A stretch of 64,000 nucleotides of DNA from Candidatus Ruthia sp. Plio_17_S18 (GCA_021730105.1 CP072538.1:989161-1053160), one strand, 5' to 3'. Numbered from the stretch's first letter, positions 19,832 to 30,708 are shown. The notes: a model not told the origin generated them from the letters alone. Program-made: numbers and translations.

Positions 19832-21679
19832 ATGTGCGGAATCGTTGGCGGCATTTGTAAAGACAACATCACCCCCATTCTACTTAGTGGGTTAAAACGC
19901 TTAGAGTATCGTGGGTATGATTCAGCTGGTGTTGTAGTTTTGTCAAATGACAATAAACTAAATCGTTCGCGCGCAGTAGGTAAGGTGGTTAACCTTGAAA
20001 CTAGTATTCAAAAACAAAGTCCGAAAATACAAGGTGGTGTTGGCATTGCACACACTCGCTGGGCAACCCATGGCGAACCATCAACACAAAATGCGCACCC
20101 TCATATTTGTTTTGGCACGGTTAGTGTTGTACATAATGGCATTATCGAAAACTTCCTTAAACTCAAGCAAGAACAAAAAGCACAAGGTTATGCATTTACT
20201 TCAGATACCGATACTGAGGTGATTGTTCATAGTATTCATCAGGCTCTGAAAACCTCAGAAAATTTACTTAAAGCCACTCAAAAAGCTGTTAAAACCTTTG
20301 AAGGAGCTTATGGTTTAGGGGTGATATCATCAGAATATCCAGAGCATATCGTTGTTGCTAGAAGTGGCTCACCACTCATTATAGGTATTAGTAATGAAGG
20401 TAATTTTATTGCCTCAGATCAAGTGGCTTTACTCGACATCACCAAGAAATTTATTTTTTTGGAAGAAGGAGATGTTGCCGATATTACGCTTGACTCAATT
20501 ACTATTTACAATAAAGACGGCAAACAAGTTAATAGAGCCATTAAAACTTCAAGTCTTAACAGTGAACAAATTGATCTAGGTGATTATAAACATTACATGC
20601 AAAAAGAGATTTTTGAACAACCGCAAGCAATTCGTGACACGCTAGAATCGCGCATTACCAAAGACACTGTATTGCTTTCTGCCTTTGGTCATCATGCTGA
20701 AACTATTTTCAAAAATATAAAACACATTCAAATTATTGCTTGTGGCACGAGTTATAACGCAGGTTTGGTCGCTAAGTACTGGATTGAAGACATTGCAAAA
20801 ATGCCAACTAATATTGAAGTGGCTAGTGAGTATCGCTACCGCAATCCGATTGTGCTTGATAACACCCTATTAGTTACCATCTCCCAAAGCGGGGAAACTG
20901 CCGATACGCTAGAAGCGCTAAAATCTATCAAAAAACGTCACAAGAACATTCACACATTAACCATTTGCAATTGCGCAGAATCTTCCCTAACACGTGAGTC
21001 TGAACTTACCTTGTTAACCCATGCTGGCCCTGAAATTGGTGTGGCTTCTACTAAAGCCTTTACCACACAACTAGTGTCTTTAGCATTGTTGTCAGTTGCC
21101 ATTGGAAAATGCCATAAACAAGTGGATAAACAACAAGAAATCTCTATTGTAGAGGGTCTAAATCGCTTGCCGGGTTTGATTAAAAAAACACTCGAACAAG
21201 AAAATCAAATTATTGAACTTGCACAATCTTTTAAAGATAAGTTTAATGCCATTTTCCTAGGAAGAGGTACAATGCATGCTATTGCCATGGAGGGTGCGCT
21301 TAAACTTAAAGAAATTAGCTATATTCATTCGGAAGCTTTTCCAGCAGGTGAACTTAAACATGGTCCTATTGCTCTGATTGATAAGGACACGCCTGTTATT
21401 GCAATTGCACCTAATGACCAACTATTAGACAAGCTCAAATCAAACTTGCAAGAAGTCAAATCTCGTGGCTCACAAATGATTGTCTTTGAAGATGAAATGT
21501 CCAATGTGCCTCCGATGAAAAATATGACTGTCATGTCAATCACACACAACCTTGGTAGAATTACAGCGCCTATTATTTTTACCATTCCTTTGCAATTACT
21601 CAGCTATCACGTCGCATTAATCAAAGGCACTGATGTTGATAAACCTCGCAATCTAGCTAAATCAGTCACTGTAGAATAG
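19832..21679 (+). CDS. glmS: Glutamine--fructose-6-phosphate aminotransferase
   Basis: MCGIVG, LEYRGYDSAG, HTRWATHG, SQSGETADT, GELKHGP, PRNLAKSVTVE. Confidence 0.99.
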   Translation: MCGIVGGICKDNITPILLSGLKRLEYRGYDSAGVVVLSNDNKLNRSRAVGKVVNLETSIQKQSPKIQGGVGIAHTRWATHGEPSTQNAHPHICFGTVSVVHNGIIENFLKLKQEQKAQGYAFTSDTDTEVIVHSIHQALKTSENLLKATQKAVKTFEGAYGLGVISSEYPEHIVVARSGSPLIIGISNEGNFIASDQVALLDITKKFIFLEEGDVADITLDSITIYNKDGKQVNRAIKTSSLNSEQIDLGDYKHYMQKEIFEQPQAIRDTLESRITKDTVLLSAFGHHAETIFKNIKHIQIIACGTSYNAGLVAKYWIEDIAKMPTNIEVASEYRYRNPIVLDNTLLVTISQSGETADTLEALKSIKKRHKNIHTLTICNCAESSLTRESELTLLTHAGPEIGVASTKAFTTQLVSLALLSVAIGKCHKQVDKQQEISIVEGLNRLPGLIKKTLEQENQIIELAQSFKDKFNAIFLGRGTMHAIAMEGALKLKEISYIHSEAFPAGELKHGPIALIDKDTPVIAIAPNDQLLDKLKSNLQEVKSRGSQMIVFEDEMSNVPPMKNMTVMSITHNLGRITAPIIFTIPLQLLSYHVALIKGTDVDKPRNLAKSVTVE

Positions 21680-21688
21680 CGTAATATT

Positions 21689-22924
21689 ATGATTAACACA
21701 CTAGACTTTGATTCTGATTTTGACCCTTGTCTTTTTGGTCGAATTATCAATGAAAAAAAACAGATTGGCTATTACAATTTACCTGATCAAGATACCACTT
21801 ATATTCATCATTATTTAAAGCAATTAGACAAAAGGCAAGATTTAAACAGCATTAGTGATGTTGTTGTTATCGGCATTGGCGGGTCAAGCTTAGGTGCTAA
21901 AGCAGTTTATCATTTTATTAAACCCATCAGGCAATTAAAACGAAACCTGCATTTTATGGATAGCACTGACCCCGTTACTATTGCCAATATGTGCAATAGT
22001 ATAAACATAGACTCAACACACTTTATTGTTATCTCTAAATCAGGCACAACCATTGAAACAATTGCGGCGTATAAGCATATTTTGGCAATAACTAAAAGCG
22101 CTCAACTTTCGTACTTCCCCTTTACTTTTATTACCGACCAAGACTCATTACTAGCGCAACATGCTCAAAAAGTTGGTGGCTTAATTATTAACATCCAACA
22201 AGATATTGGCGGTAGATTTTCACTTCTAAGCAGTGCAGGTATCATCCCATTGGCATTAACAGGTATAAAAATTGATTGTTTACTAAAAGGTGCTGCAAAG
22301 ATTAAAGACAGTTTTTTTAATCAAGGCTATATGCAAAATGTATTGCTCAAAAAAGCAACTTTTTATGCTAATAATGCTTCAAACTACAACATTAATGCCT
22401 TGTTTTCTTACACCGATTCACTTAAATATTTTAATGATTGGTACGTGCAATTATGGGGAGAAAGCTTAGGTAAGAAACAAAAAAACTCGGCCTTTAATGT
22501 TGGATTAACGCCTATTGGCCTAACTGGACCTAAAGATCAGCATTCTTTTTTACAATTATTGTCTGAAGGCACTCTAGATAAAAGTGTCACCTTTATTAAA
22601 CTTAAAGCATTTGACAATCACCAAAAAGTACCTCACATTACCTTAGAAAAATTAGAAGCATTAGATCTAATTAATCAAGTTGAATTTTCAACATTGATTA
22701 ATATGCAAGCTGATGCTATTATAGAATCCTTAAAAGAACATACAAGAATTCCGCTTGATGAAATTACCTTGCAAAAGCAAGATGAATTCAGCATTGGTCA
22801 ACTGATTTATTACTACGAGTTGCTAACATCACTTGTTGGGGATTTGCTTAATATTGATACTTATAATCAGCCTGGTGTCGAATCTGGCAAAAACATCCTC
22901 ATTAAAAAATTACAACAATTATGA
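21689..22924 (+). CDS. pgi: Glucose-6-phosphate isomerase (short form)
   Basis: IGIGGSSLG, ISKSGTTIET, IGGRFS, QLWGESLGK, GPKDQHSFLQL, YNQPGVESGK. Confidence 0.93.
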   Translation: MINTLDFDSDFDPCLFGRIINEKKQIGYYNLPDQDTTYIHHYLKQLDKRQDLNSISDVVVIGIGGSSLGAKAVYHFIKPIRQLKRNLHFMDSTDPVTIANMCNSINIDSTHFIVISKSGTTIETIAAYKHILAITKSAQLSYFPFTFITDQDSLLAQHAQKVGGLIINIQQDIGGRFSLLSSAGIIPLALTGIKIDCLLKGAAKIKDSFFNQGYMQNVLLKKATFYANNASNYNINALFSYTDSLKYFNDWYVQLWGESLGKKQKNSAFNVGLTPIGLTGPKDQHSFLQLLSEGTLDKSVTFIKLKAFDNHQKVPHITLEKLEALDLINQVEFSTLINMQADAIIESLKEHTRIPLDEITLQKQDEFSIGQLIYYYELLTSLVGDLLNIDTYNQPGVESGKNILIKKLQQL

Positions 22925-23751
22925 TTAAAAAATGCCTCTTCCCTGCAGCAGGCTTTGGCACTAGATTCTTACCTGCCACGAAAGCAGTACCCAAAGAAAT
23001 GCTACCTATTCTAACCAAGCCATTGTTACAATATGCCGTAGAAGAAGCACTTGATGCTGGCATGAGCAATATGGCCATCGTCACTGGCAAAGGCAAGCGA
23101 GCTATTGAAGACCATTTTGACCGAAATTTAGAGTTGGAGGCTCAAATTCAAGGCACGCAAAAGGAAGTGTTATTAAAAGAAATCAATGCTGTTTGCAACA
23201 ATGCCACTTTTACTTATGTAAGGCAAAAACAAATGTTGGGACTAGGGCATGCCATTCTCACTGGCGAACCGCTAATTGGCAATGAGCCCTTTGCTGTTCA
23301 TCTAGCTGATGATTTGTGCACATCAGAAAAGGATAGTACGCTCACTCAAATGATTCAAGTATACAACAAATATCAATGCTCAATCGTGGCTATTGAACAA
23401 GTACCCATGAATCAAACCCATAAGTACGGTGTAATTGCTGGTGACTTGATTGATAATACTAATGACACATGTCGTGTTACTAATATGATTGAAAAGCCAG
23501 CACCAAAAGAGGCACCCACTAATATGGCCATTATAGGTCGTTATATCCTAACACCAGATATTTTTAACATCCTTAAACAAACCAAACCGGGTAAGGATGG
23601 TGAAATTCAAATCACTGATGCACTACTTACCCAAGCAAAACAAGGTAGCTTGATTGCTTATAAATTTAAAGGCAAGCGATTTGATTGTGGTAGCATCCAA
23701 GGCTACGTTGAAGCAACAAATTACTTTGCCAAACAACAAGGTATTATTTAA
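22921..23751 (+). CDS. galU: UTP--glucose-1-phosphate uridylyltransferase
   Basis: PAAGFGTRFLPATKAVPKEMLP, RQKQMLGLGHA, GEIQITDA, RFDCGS. Confidence 0.97.
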   Translation: MIKKCLFPAAGFGTRFLPATKAVPKEMLPILTKPLLQYAVEEALDAGMSNMAIVTGKGKRAIEDHFDRNLELEAQIQGTQKEVLLKEINAVCNNATFTYVRQKQMLGLGHAILTGEPLIGNEPFAVHLADDLCTSEKDSTLTQMIQVYNKYQCSIVAIEQVPMNQTHKYGVIAGDLIDNTNDTCRVTNMIEKPAPKEAPTNMAIIGRYILTPDIFNILKQTKPGKDGEIQITDALLTQAKQGSLIAYKFKGKRFDCGSIQGYVEATNYFAKQQGII

Positions 23752-23808
23752 TAACTTGTATTCTTGAAGTTATTCTTATTTTTTTTAAAATAAGTAAGGT
23801 TTGTTCAT

Positions 23809-24306
23809 TTAGATTGGTTTATTAAATAATAAGTCATTAATACCGCACTGTGGCTTAAAAACTGGCACAAGTTGTATTAACAATGAGCGTAGTTTATTTT
23901 GATCATGGCTAGTGATAGCAAGTTCTATACCATCTAATAACAATCTTAACTCACGCCAAGAAAGCATATTTTCTTGAGCCTTAATAATCATTGAATGACT
24001 GGTATCCAACGCATTGTCATCAATTAATAGCTATTCAAAAAGTTTTTCTCCGAGGCGAAGACCTGTGATTTTAATCTCAATATCTCCATTTAAGTTGGCT
24101 TCATCTTTAAGCTCTAATCCCGTTAAGTGCATCATCTTTAAAGCCAAACCGTAAATTCTAACAGGTTTACCCATATCCAGCACAAACACATCACCGCCAG
24201 AACCCATAGCACCCGTTTGAATGAACAATGCCATTGCTTCAGGTATGGTCATAAAATAACGAACAATTTTCTTATCAGTGACCGTTACTGGTCCACCTGC
24301 TTTAAT
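23809..24306 (-). pseudogene. C-terminal remnant of a CapD/PglF-type nucleotide-sugar 4,6-dehydratase
   Basis: [55 protein letters not shown]. The N-terminal part of the gene is absent. Confidence 0.88.
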
Positions 24307-24501
24307 AGGAAACGATGCTCAATATTGCAAACAATTATAGGGTCTATAAAATTATCTAACCCATTTAGGCGCAAAATTATTTCTTGTAACATGCTTTTAT
24401 CACTCACTAAAGGCAGGTACTGTTTAGGGTGTTGCTTGCGAGATCGGCCATAATCTCGTGCCATAACAACCGCCAGATAAGATAACTGACACTATATTCA
24501 T
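24307..24501 (-). pseudogene. N-terminal remnant of mannose-1-phosphate guanylyltransferase (ManC/CpsB)
   Basis: MNIVSVILSGG.YGTRLWP, then (frameshift) RKQHPKQYLPL..SMLQE...[15 protein letters not shown], then an abrupt switch to capD sequence. Confidence 0.88.
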
Positions 24502-24811
24502 AAATAATATCCTTGAATAAACGAGTTGGGACTAATCACACACAAGTTGGTAAAAAATTTGTTATTACACCATTTTATTTTAAAAACTCATAATGCTCTT
24601 TAGATAAAAACATAACATTAGATAATTACTATTAAAAAGTGTCTTAAGTAATATACCGTATATGCCCTTTATTAATATAAAATATTCTATCAGTTATAGC
24701 ATTATAAACGGAATAATTCTCTAGACTCAAACTGGAGTTTTGCCTGATTAACAAGCCAGTAATTTTATACAAAAGAATAATTTTCAAAAAGAGCAACTAG
24801 ATAAAAAACAA

Positions 24812-25540
24812 ATGAATAAAGTTAATATTATATGCATGAAATGGGGTGATAAATTTCCTGTTGAGTATGTTAATCGACTCTTTGGTATGGTTTCTAGCCA
24901 TCTTTCTATACCATTTAGATTCGTGTGTTTCACTGAAAATAGTGCAGGTATACGGGATGAGATAGAAATACAAAATTTGCCAGAGCTAGATTTACCATCT
25001 GGATTGCCAGAAAGAGGTTGGCGAAAATTAACTGTGTTTAAAAAAGACTTTGGTGGTTTATCTGGATCTACTTTATTTCTAGATTTAGATATAGTGGTGG
25101 TTGGAAATTTAGATGAATTTTTCACTCACCCTGGTGATTTTCTAATTGCTCATGATAAGAAAAATCCAAAAAACATAGAGGGCAATTCATCAATATTTAG
25201 GTTTGAAATTGGAAAGCATTCGGAAATTTTAAGTTATTTTGAGCAAAATTCTAAATTAGTGCAAAGCGAAGTGCGCCATGAACAGGCGTACTTATCACGT
25301 GAAACGCACCAACAAGATCAATTGAAATATTGGCCAGATGAATGGGTGCCAAGCTTTAAGTATCACTGTTGTCCCTCTTGGATAAAGTCTTGGTTTCAAG
25401 CGCCTTTTATACCCAAAAATTCAAAAGTTATTTTGTTCCATGGCTTGCCCAATCCATCCGAAGCAATTATTGGACGTAGTGGAAAATGGTATCGACACAT
25501 CCAGCCATCGCCCTGGATTGAAAAATATTGGAAAATCTAA
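24812..25540 (+). CDS. Putative glycosyltransferase (CMKWG..YVNRL family)
   Basis: ICMKWGDKF..EYVNRL, GWRKL.VF, LFLDLDIVV (DxD), GNSSIFRF, EQAYLS, FHGLPNP. Confidence 0.75.
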   Translation: MNKVNIICMKWGDKFPVEYVNRLFGMVSSHLSIPFRFVCFTENSAGIRDEIEIQNLPELDLPSGLPERGWRKLTVFKKDFGGLSGSTLFLDLDIVVVGNLDEFFTHPGDFLIAHDKKNPKNIEGNSSIFRFEIGKHSEILSYFEQNSKLVQSEVRHEQAYLSRETHQQDQLKYWPDEWVPSFKYHCCPSWIKSWFQAPFIPKNSKVILFHGLPNPSEAIIGRSGKWYRHIQPSPWIEKYWKI

Positions 25541-26267
25541 TGAACGCTACAACAATTTCTATTTATATTATCAATTTATATAGAAGTCCTAACAGACTAT
25601 CCTATATGGACAGACAGTGATCTAAATTAAAAATGCTATTTGAAAGAATAGTCGCAATTGATGGTCACCAAATTCAATTTAAAATATTACAATCCTACCA
25701 ACAACAATCAAAGTATTCATGGGTTCATTATGCCACTTATATCTTCAGGAGAAATAGGCTGTGCCCTTAGTTGACACAACGCTTGGCGGACAGTATCAAA
25801 CCATAACTCTAAGGCATGTGTGGTATTAGAGGATGATGTTAAAATACATGATAACTTCAAGAATATAATTGACACTTTATTTAAAAATTTGGATGAACAT
25901 ATTGTGATTGATTTGTCTGGCAAGAGGGGCACAGTAGAAAAAGAAAGAAAAAATATTAATGGCATTGTGCTTATTCGTTATCAAACGCCGCCACTTACTA
26001 ATCTTTTATGGCAAGTTAGCTGCCCAAGTTTTTTTAAATAAAATGCAAAATTTTAAAGCACTCGTTGACACATTACAACAAATGCTCTGGCTTCATAATG
26101 TACAAACTTGGAGTCTAGATAAAGGCTGCATCTCCCACCAAGGTTTTGAAGTAGGCGGTTCAACAATCTCAACCAAGAAAAAGAAATTATCAACAAAAAT
26201 AAAAAATGAACTAAGTCGTCCTTTATGGAGAATATGGATTGTTATTAGAAATTTTTTGTCAAATTAA
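25540..26267 (+). pseudogene. Glycosyltransferase family 25 pseudogene
   Basis: IYIINL.RSPNRL.YM.RQ*..FERIVAIDG..GEIGCALS*HNAW..VVLEDD. In-frame stops and frameshifts. Confidence 0.85.
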
Positions 26268-26275
26268 CTAAAAAA

Positions 26276-27016
26276 ATGGAGCGCAGAGATAAAAGTAAAT
26301 TTGATAAATGGTTTTCGTTAAGTCGTCATCAAAGGCGGCTTGGCGCAAAAAATCTATCCAATCAGATTGATACAGATTTTAGAAACCAAACAAATAAATT
26401 AATTGCCGATGGTAAAATCCTATACACACACGGCAGTTGTAACAATATTGAAAAACACTTTGGCGCTTTAAAAAATGAGTTTTCTGGACAAAGTGAACTT
26501 TGCTACACTCATGCAAAAATTATTGTCTTAATTAGGCGGGAATTTGAAATAAAAAAACATTTTTCTCTTTTTGAAAATCTTTGGCATACAGAGACAAAGT
26601 TTTTACTCAAAAATTTAAACACACGATGGCTATCTTCCGCAGCTGACACCTTTGCAGATTGCTCTGATGACAATGCACTTAGAAGTTTATCTGTAGCATG
26701 CTCGTGCCTACTAAATACCGTAAAGATACAAGAAAGTGAGCGCTTCATTACCAATGCACAGAACTACAAAGATGATAAAGAAAAAATCATCAGACTAGAT
26801 AATGAAGAGAGGGTGGCACTTTTTGATGGCATCTCAGTATTTAAAGTCGGTACTGATGATACGCTTAGAAATATGCGTTGGCGTATTGATAAAGCAGCAA
26901 AAATTAATATGGCAGGTCAAATATTACTTGAGGTATTTCTAAGATTACAAAAATTTGATACCGCTTATAAGCGCCTAAAAAATAGGCACACAAGAGAAAA
27001 AACTGGTTGGTGGTAA
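26276..27016 (+). CDS. Hypothetical protein in glycan locus (246 aa)
   Basis: Intact ORF tightly packed between GT25 genes (HAKIIVLIRRE, LNTRWLSSAADTFAD, GTDDTLRNM). No family recognised. Confidence 0.8.
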   Translation: MERRDKSKFDKWFSLSRHQRRLGAKNLSNQIDTDFRNQTNKLIADGKILYTHGSCNNIEKHFGALKNEFSGQSELCYTHAKIIVLIRREFEIKKHFSLFENLWHTETKFLLKNLNTRWLSSAADTFADCSDDNALRSLSVACSCLLNTVKIQESERFITNAQNYKDDKEKIIRLDNEERVALFDGISVFKVGTDDTLRNMRWRIDKAAKINMAGQILLEVFLRLQKFDTAYKRLKNRHTREKTGWW

Positions 27017-27826
27017 ATGGATATTTTTATTATCAATCTAGCAAGCTCAACCAAACGACGAGAATTTCAAGAAAAGCAATTGTCATCATTAAAATTAGAT
27101 TACCAAATAATCAATGCTGTATCTATCAAAGATATTAATCATAATACATATCAAAAACATCATTATGACTGGCAAAGACCACTAAAAAATACTGAAGTTG
27201 CCTGCTATTATTCACATAGACTAGCATGGCATAAGATTATTAAAAACAATCAACCAGCTTTAATACTAGAAGATGATGCCTTATTATCAAAATGCGTGCC
27301 AAAATTACTTTCATGCCTTTCTGACAAAAAAGACATGGATTTAGTCAATCTTGAAAATAGAGGTAGGAACAAATTCATTTCAAAATCTGGCACAACTCTC
27401 GAATGCAACTCAAAACTTATTCGCCTTTATCAAGATAGGACAGGTGCAGCAGGATACATACTCTGGCCAGAAGGAGCTGAAAAACTTATTCAATGTGAGA
27501 AAAGAAAAGGAATTGCACTAGCTGATGCGCATATTACCGCTTGCCATAGTATTCGTGCCTATCAAGTAGAGCCAGCACCTATTATTCAACTGGATCAATG
27601 TACTTATTACGGGTTAAGCAACACCTGTTCGGATGAAATATCCACCTCAACCATTAATAATTGCAACAACCAAAAAAGTGGTCTTTCATTCCGAATTAAA
27701 AGAACTTACTTCCAATTGAAACTAGGATTATACCAATTACTGTTAATAACAAAATCAGATAGGCGTTATATCAAAACAAGAAAGAGAGATTTTTTTTCAT
27801 TAACAACATCAAATCATGGAAAATAA
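27017..27826 (+). CDS. Glycosyltransferase family 25 (LOS biosynthesis)
   Basis: IFIINLASSTKRR, EVACYYSH, LILEDDA, GAAGYIL. Confidence 0.9.
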   Translation: MDIFIINLASSTKRREFQEKQLSSLKLDYQIINAVSIKDINHNTYQKHHYDWQRPLKNTEVACYYSHRLAWHKIIKNNQPALILEDDALLSKCVPKLLSCLSDKKDMDLVNLENRGRNKFISKSGTTLECNSKLIRLYQDRTGAAGYILWPEGAEKLIQCEKRKGIALADAHITACHSIRAYQVEPAPIIQLDQCTYYGLSNTCSDEISTSTINNCNNQKSGLSFRIKRTYFQLKLGLYQLLLITKSDRRYIKTRKRDFFSLTTSNHGK

Positions 27827-28862
27827 AAACACAATTGTCATAGTCATTCCAGATTTAAAAGGGAGTGGTGCTGAACGGGTTATGTTAAGTTTGGCAACTG
27901 GTTTACAGCAAAATCACTGCGACGTTCATATTATTATTTTTAAAGAAATAATCGAATTAGAATATAACGACAATATCAACATACACGTCTTTAAAAAACA
28001 CTATCGCTGGATTCCTAGGAACGTAAGAGGATTGATTTTATCCACTATTTTAGATAAATTTATCATACGCCATTGCGGCAAGCCTGATTTGGTGCTGTCT
28101 AATCTGTTGCCAATTGACCGATTGCTTGCTTACAGTAAACTAAATAGCTATCTTGTCATACACAATACAATGAGCTTAGAAACAAAATCTTATACTAGAA
28201 ACTTTAAAGAATTAAAAAAAATCTACACTAAAAAACCAGTAGTTTGCGTTTCAAAGGGTGTGCAAAGTGACTTTATAAAACTATTTAAACCATCAAAAAA
28301 AGTTCAAACAATACACAATCCGATTGATATTAAATTTATTCAAAAAATGGCACAAAATGATAATTTAACAAGCCTTAATGATTATATTATTCATGTTGGA
28401 AAATTTGCCCACCAAAAAAGACATGATGTTCTAATTAAGGCTTATAAAGAAAGCAACATAGAAATACCTCTGATATTAATTGGGCAAGGTCATCTTGAGA
28501 ATAGCATAAGAGCACTAGTCCGAAAACTTAATTTAGAAAACAAAGTTATTTTTTTAGGATTTCAGTCAAACCCCTACCCTCTCATTAAAAATGCCAAGCT
28601 GATGATCTTATCTTCTGATTTTGAAGGACTTGGTATGGTAATTTTAGAGGCGTTAGCACTAAATATAGCTGTTATTAGTACCAATTGTCCATCAGGGCCA
28701 TCTGAAATATTGCCCAGTCAAAATCTATGCCCAGTTGAAAATGTTGGCAAATTAGCCCAATTAATAAAACAAGCAACTAATAACCCACTAGCCTTCATCC
28801 AGCCACTTGATGAAAAATTTCATATTAATCTTGCAGTTAAAAAATATATTGATTTAGTTTAA
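27816..28862 (+). CDS. Glycosyltransferase family 4
   Basis: GSGAERV, HVGKFAHQKRHD, GFQSNPY, SSDFEGLGMVILEAL, STNCPSGPSEI. Confidence 0.9.
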   Translation: MENKNTIVIVIPDLKGSGAERVMLSLATGLQQNHCDVHIIIFKEIIELEYNDNINIHVFKKHYRWIPRNVRGLILSTILDKFIIRHCGKPDLVLSNLLPIDRLLAYSKLNSYLVIHNTMSLETKSYTRNFKELKKIYTKKPVVCVSKGVQSDFIKLFKPSKKVQTIHNPIDIKFIQKMAQNDNLTSLNDYIIHVGKFAHQKRHDVLIKAYKESNIEIPLILIGQGHLENSIRALVRKLNLENKVIFLGFQSNPYPLIKNAKLMILSSDFEGLGMVILEALALNIAVISTNCPSGPSEILPSQNLCPVENVGKLAQLIKQATNNPLAFIQPLDEKFHINLAVKKYIDLV

Positions 28863-29554
28863 TAATTTAGAAGGTAGTTGAGCACACTCAAATAAATATA
28901 ACATCCCCTCTTCCCTTATATTGTATAAAGACTCTTTCATTCCAATTAAAAGGCTCTGTAAATAAATTTATTTTAAGAAAAGCCACAGTAATAATATCAG
29001 TATTTTTTTACTTCAATATGACCAGTTGTTAGAATGTATTTTATTTTTGATTTAGATAAGTTTTTTAGGAAAAAAGCAGTATCAGCATAACTCAAATGAA
29101 ACAAACAAGCTCTTACAATTATTAGATCTGCATCTGGCAATAAATCTTAGGTGATATCGAGTATTATAAATGAAATATGATTTGATGCATATTTTTTATT
29201 ATTTTCAAGGAATAACATATTAACAATATCCCCACCAATGTAGTCAATCTCATTATGATTTTTTAAAACATGTTGCATCCAATGAAAATCTCCACAAGGA
29301 GTGTCTAGAATGCTAGAAATATTAAATTTAGTAAATATTTTTGGGGGAAGGTGCAGCCTAATATTTTTAGTAAAATCTAATGGTGAGCCCGTACCGCTGA
29401 TTGACTCTTTGCTACTCCAAAGCTTTTTGTATATGTGTTCAAATCTTTGGCTGGCATTTTCCATGCTAAGAATTTTTTTATTTTGAATTTGTTTTCTTGC
29501 TTTTCCACTATACAAAGACTTTATCTTGTTGAATAAAATATTCACTTTTTGCAT
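28859..29554 (-). pseudogene. Class I SAM-dependent methyltransferase pseudogene
   Basis: ESISGTGS, SILDTPCGDFHWM, YIGGDIV, then in-frame TAA at 29147 followed by DLLPDADLII..CLFHLS..YILTT..NLFTEPFN. Confidence 0.8.
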
Positions 29555-29584
29555 TCTTTATTACTGTTTCTTAAAACTATTATT

Positions 29585-30667
29585 TTATAATCTTTGGCAA
29601 AAATATGGACAAGAAAAACACAAAAAAGAGTTTTCTAGGGTGACACTAAGCATGCCGTTGGTTACATAACTACTCATCAACAAGGTGCCTAAAATTGCAT
29701 ATTTAGTATTGTTTTTTGCTTGTAATGATTGCCAAAACTTTTTCAAAGGAAACAATAATAAAGCTAGTGTTGTCAATAATGCAATAGCGCCCTCATAAAC
29801 CAAGGAGTTGATACAAATATTATGTAAATGACTATGCTTAGCTATTTGAGTAGCTAATTTTTTGTTGTTTCATCAGACTTACTCTTAGTTGATGTGTGTA
29901 AATCTTCAATAGAAGATCCATTTTCAGAAAATAAGCTTAAAAATGCAATTGCTATAGAAAATCTATTTATCAAATTGGAATGGGTCAACAAAAACGATGT
30001 ACAAGTTAGAATTAATACTGAAATAAGAATTTTATATCTGTATTTATTGACTAGAGATTTAGCGTTTAAAAAGATAAACAACACACTTAATATAATAAGA
30101 CTCAAGAATGCACTACGCCCATCACCAAGGGTAATGATATTAAGTGTCAATATAGAGCTAACTAAAGTTAGTGAGAAGTTGTATTTATTTTCATGATTGA
30201 TGTTAATCCATGAAAAGGTTAGCATTATCGTGGTTAAAATTTGGAAAATGCCTCTAGAAAGAATCCAATCTATTTCATCGTAGTCTTTTGTTAAATACTG
30301 ATAATAAATCAAAATTAAACTTAATTGCATCGATAAAATTAATATTAGCTTTGTAAATTGCCAATGCAACCAAAGGGGCAAATAAAAAATATGAAACTCT
30401 ACTAGAAAAATGTAATAGTTCAAGCCTTTTATCGGAAACTATGATAGACAAGATAACAACGCTAAAATAAGTAACACAGAGTTGTGAGAATAATTTTAAT
30501 TCTATCTGTTTAAATGGATTTATTTTATCTTCAAAAATGGTATAAAGACCCATTAGCATCAATAATAATAAAATAAAATCCCCTGATATTTTGAGATTTA
30601 GAATACCAATTGGAAATAAAAATAGCAGTGTATTAACAATACTTGAATAAGTAATCGGCAATCTCAT
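29585..30667 (-). pseudogene. O-antigen ligase (WaaL/Wzy_C-like) pseudogene
   Basis: Fragmented multi-TM ORFs with GDGRSAFL, ..RFSIA.., H.HNICINSLV.EG and a C-terminal TM segment. Several frameshifts. Confidence 0.65.
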
Positions 30668-30708
30668 GGAGCGCATTTTACATTTATATTGACTATAATC
30701 TGATACTT

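Noticed and set aside
23750-23774. AATAACTT/AAGTTATT inverted repeat after galU
   Set aside because: Almost all A-T pairs, so expected by chance in this composition.
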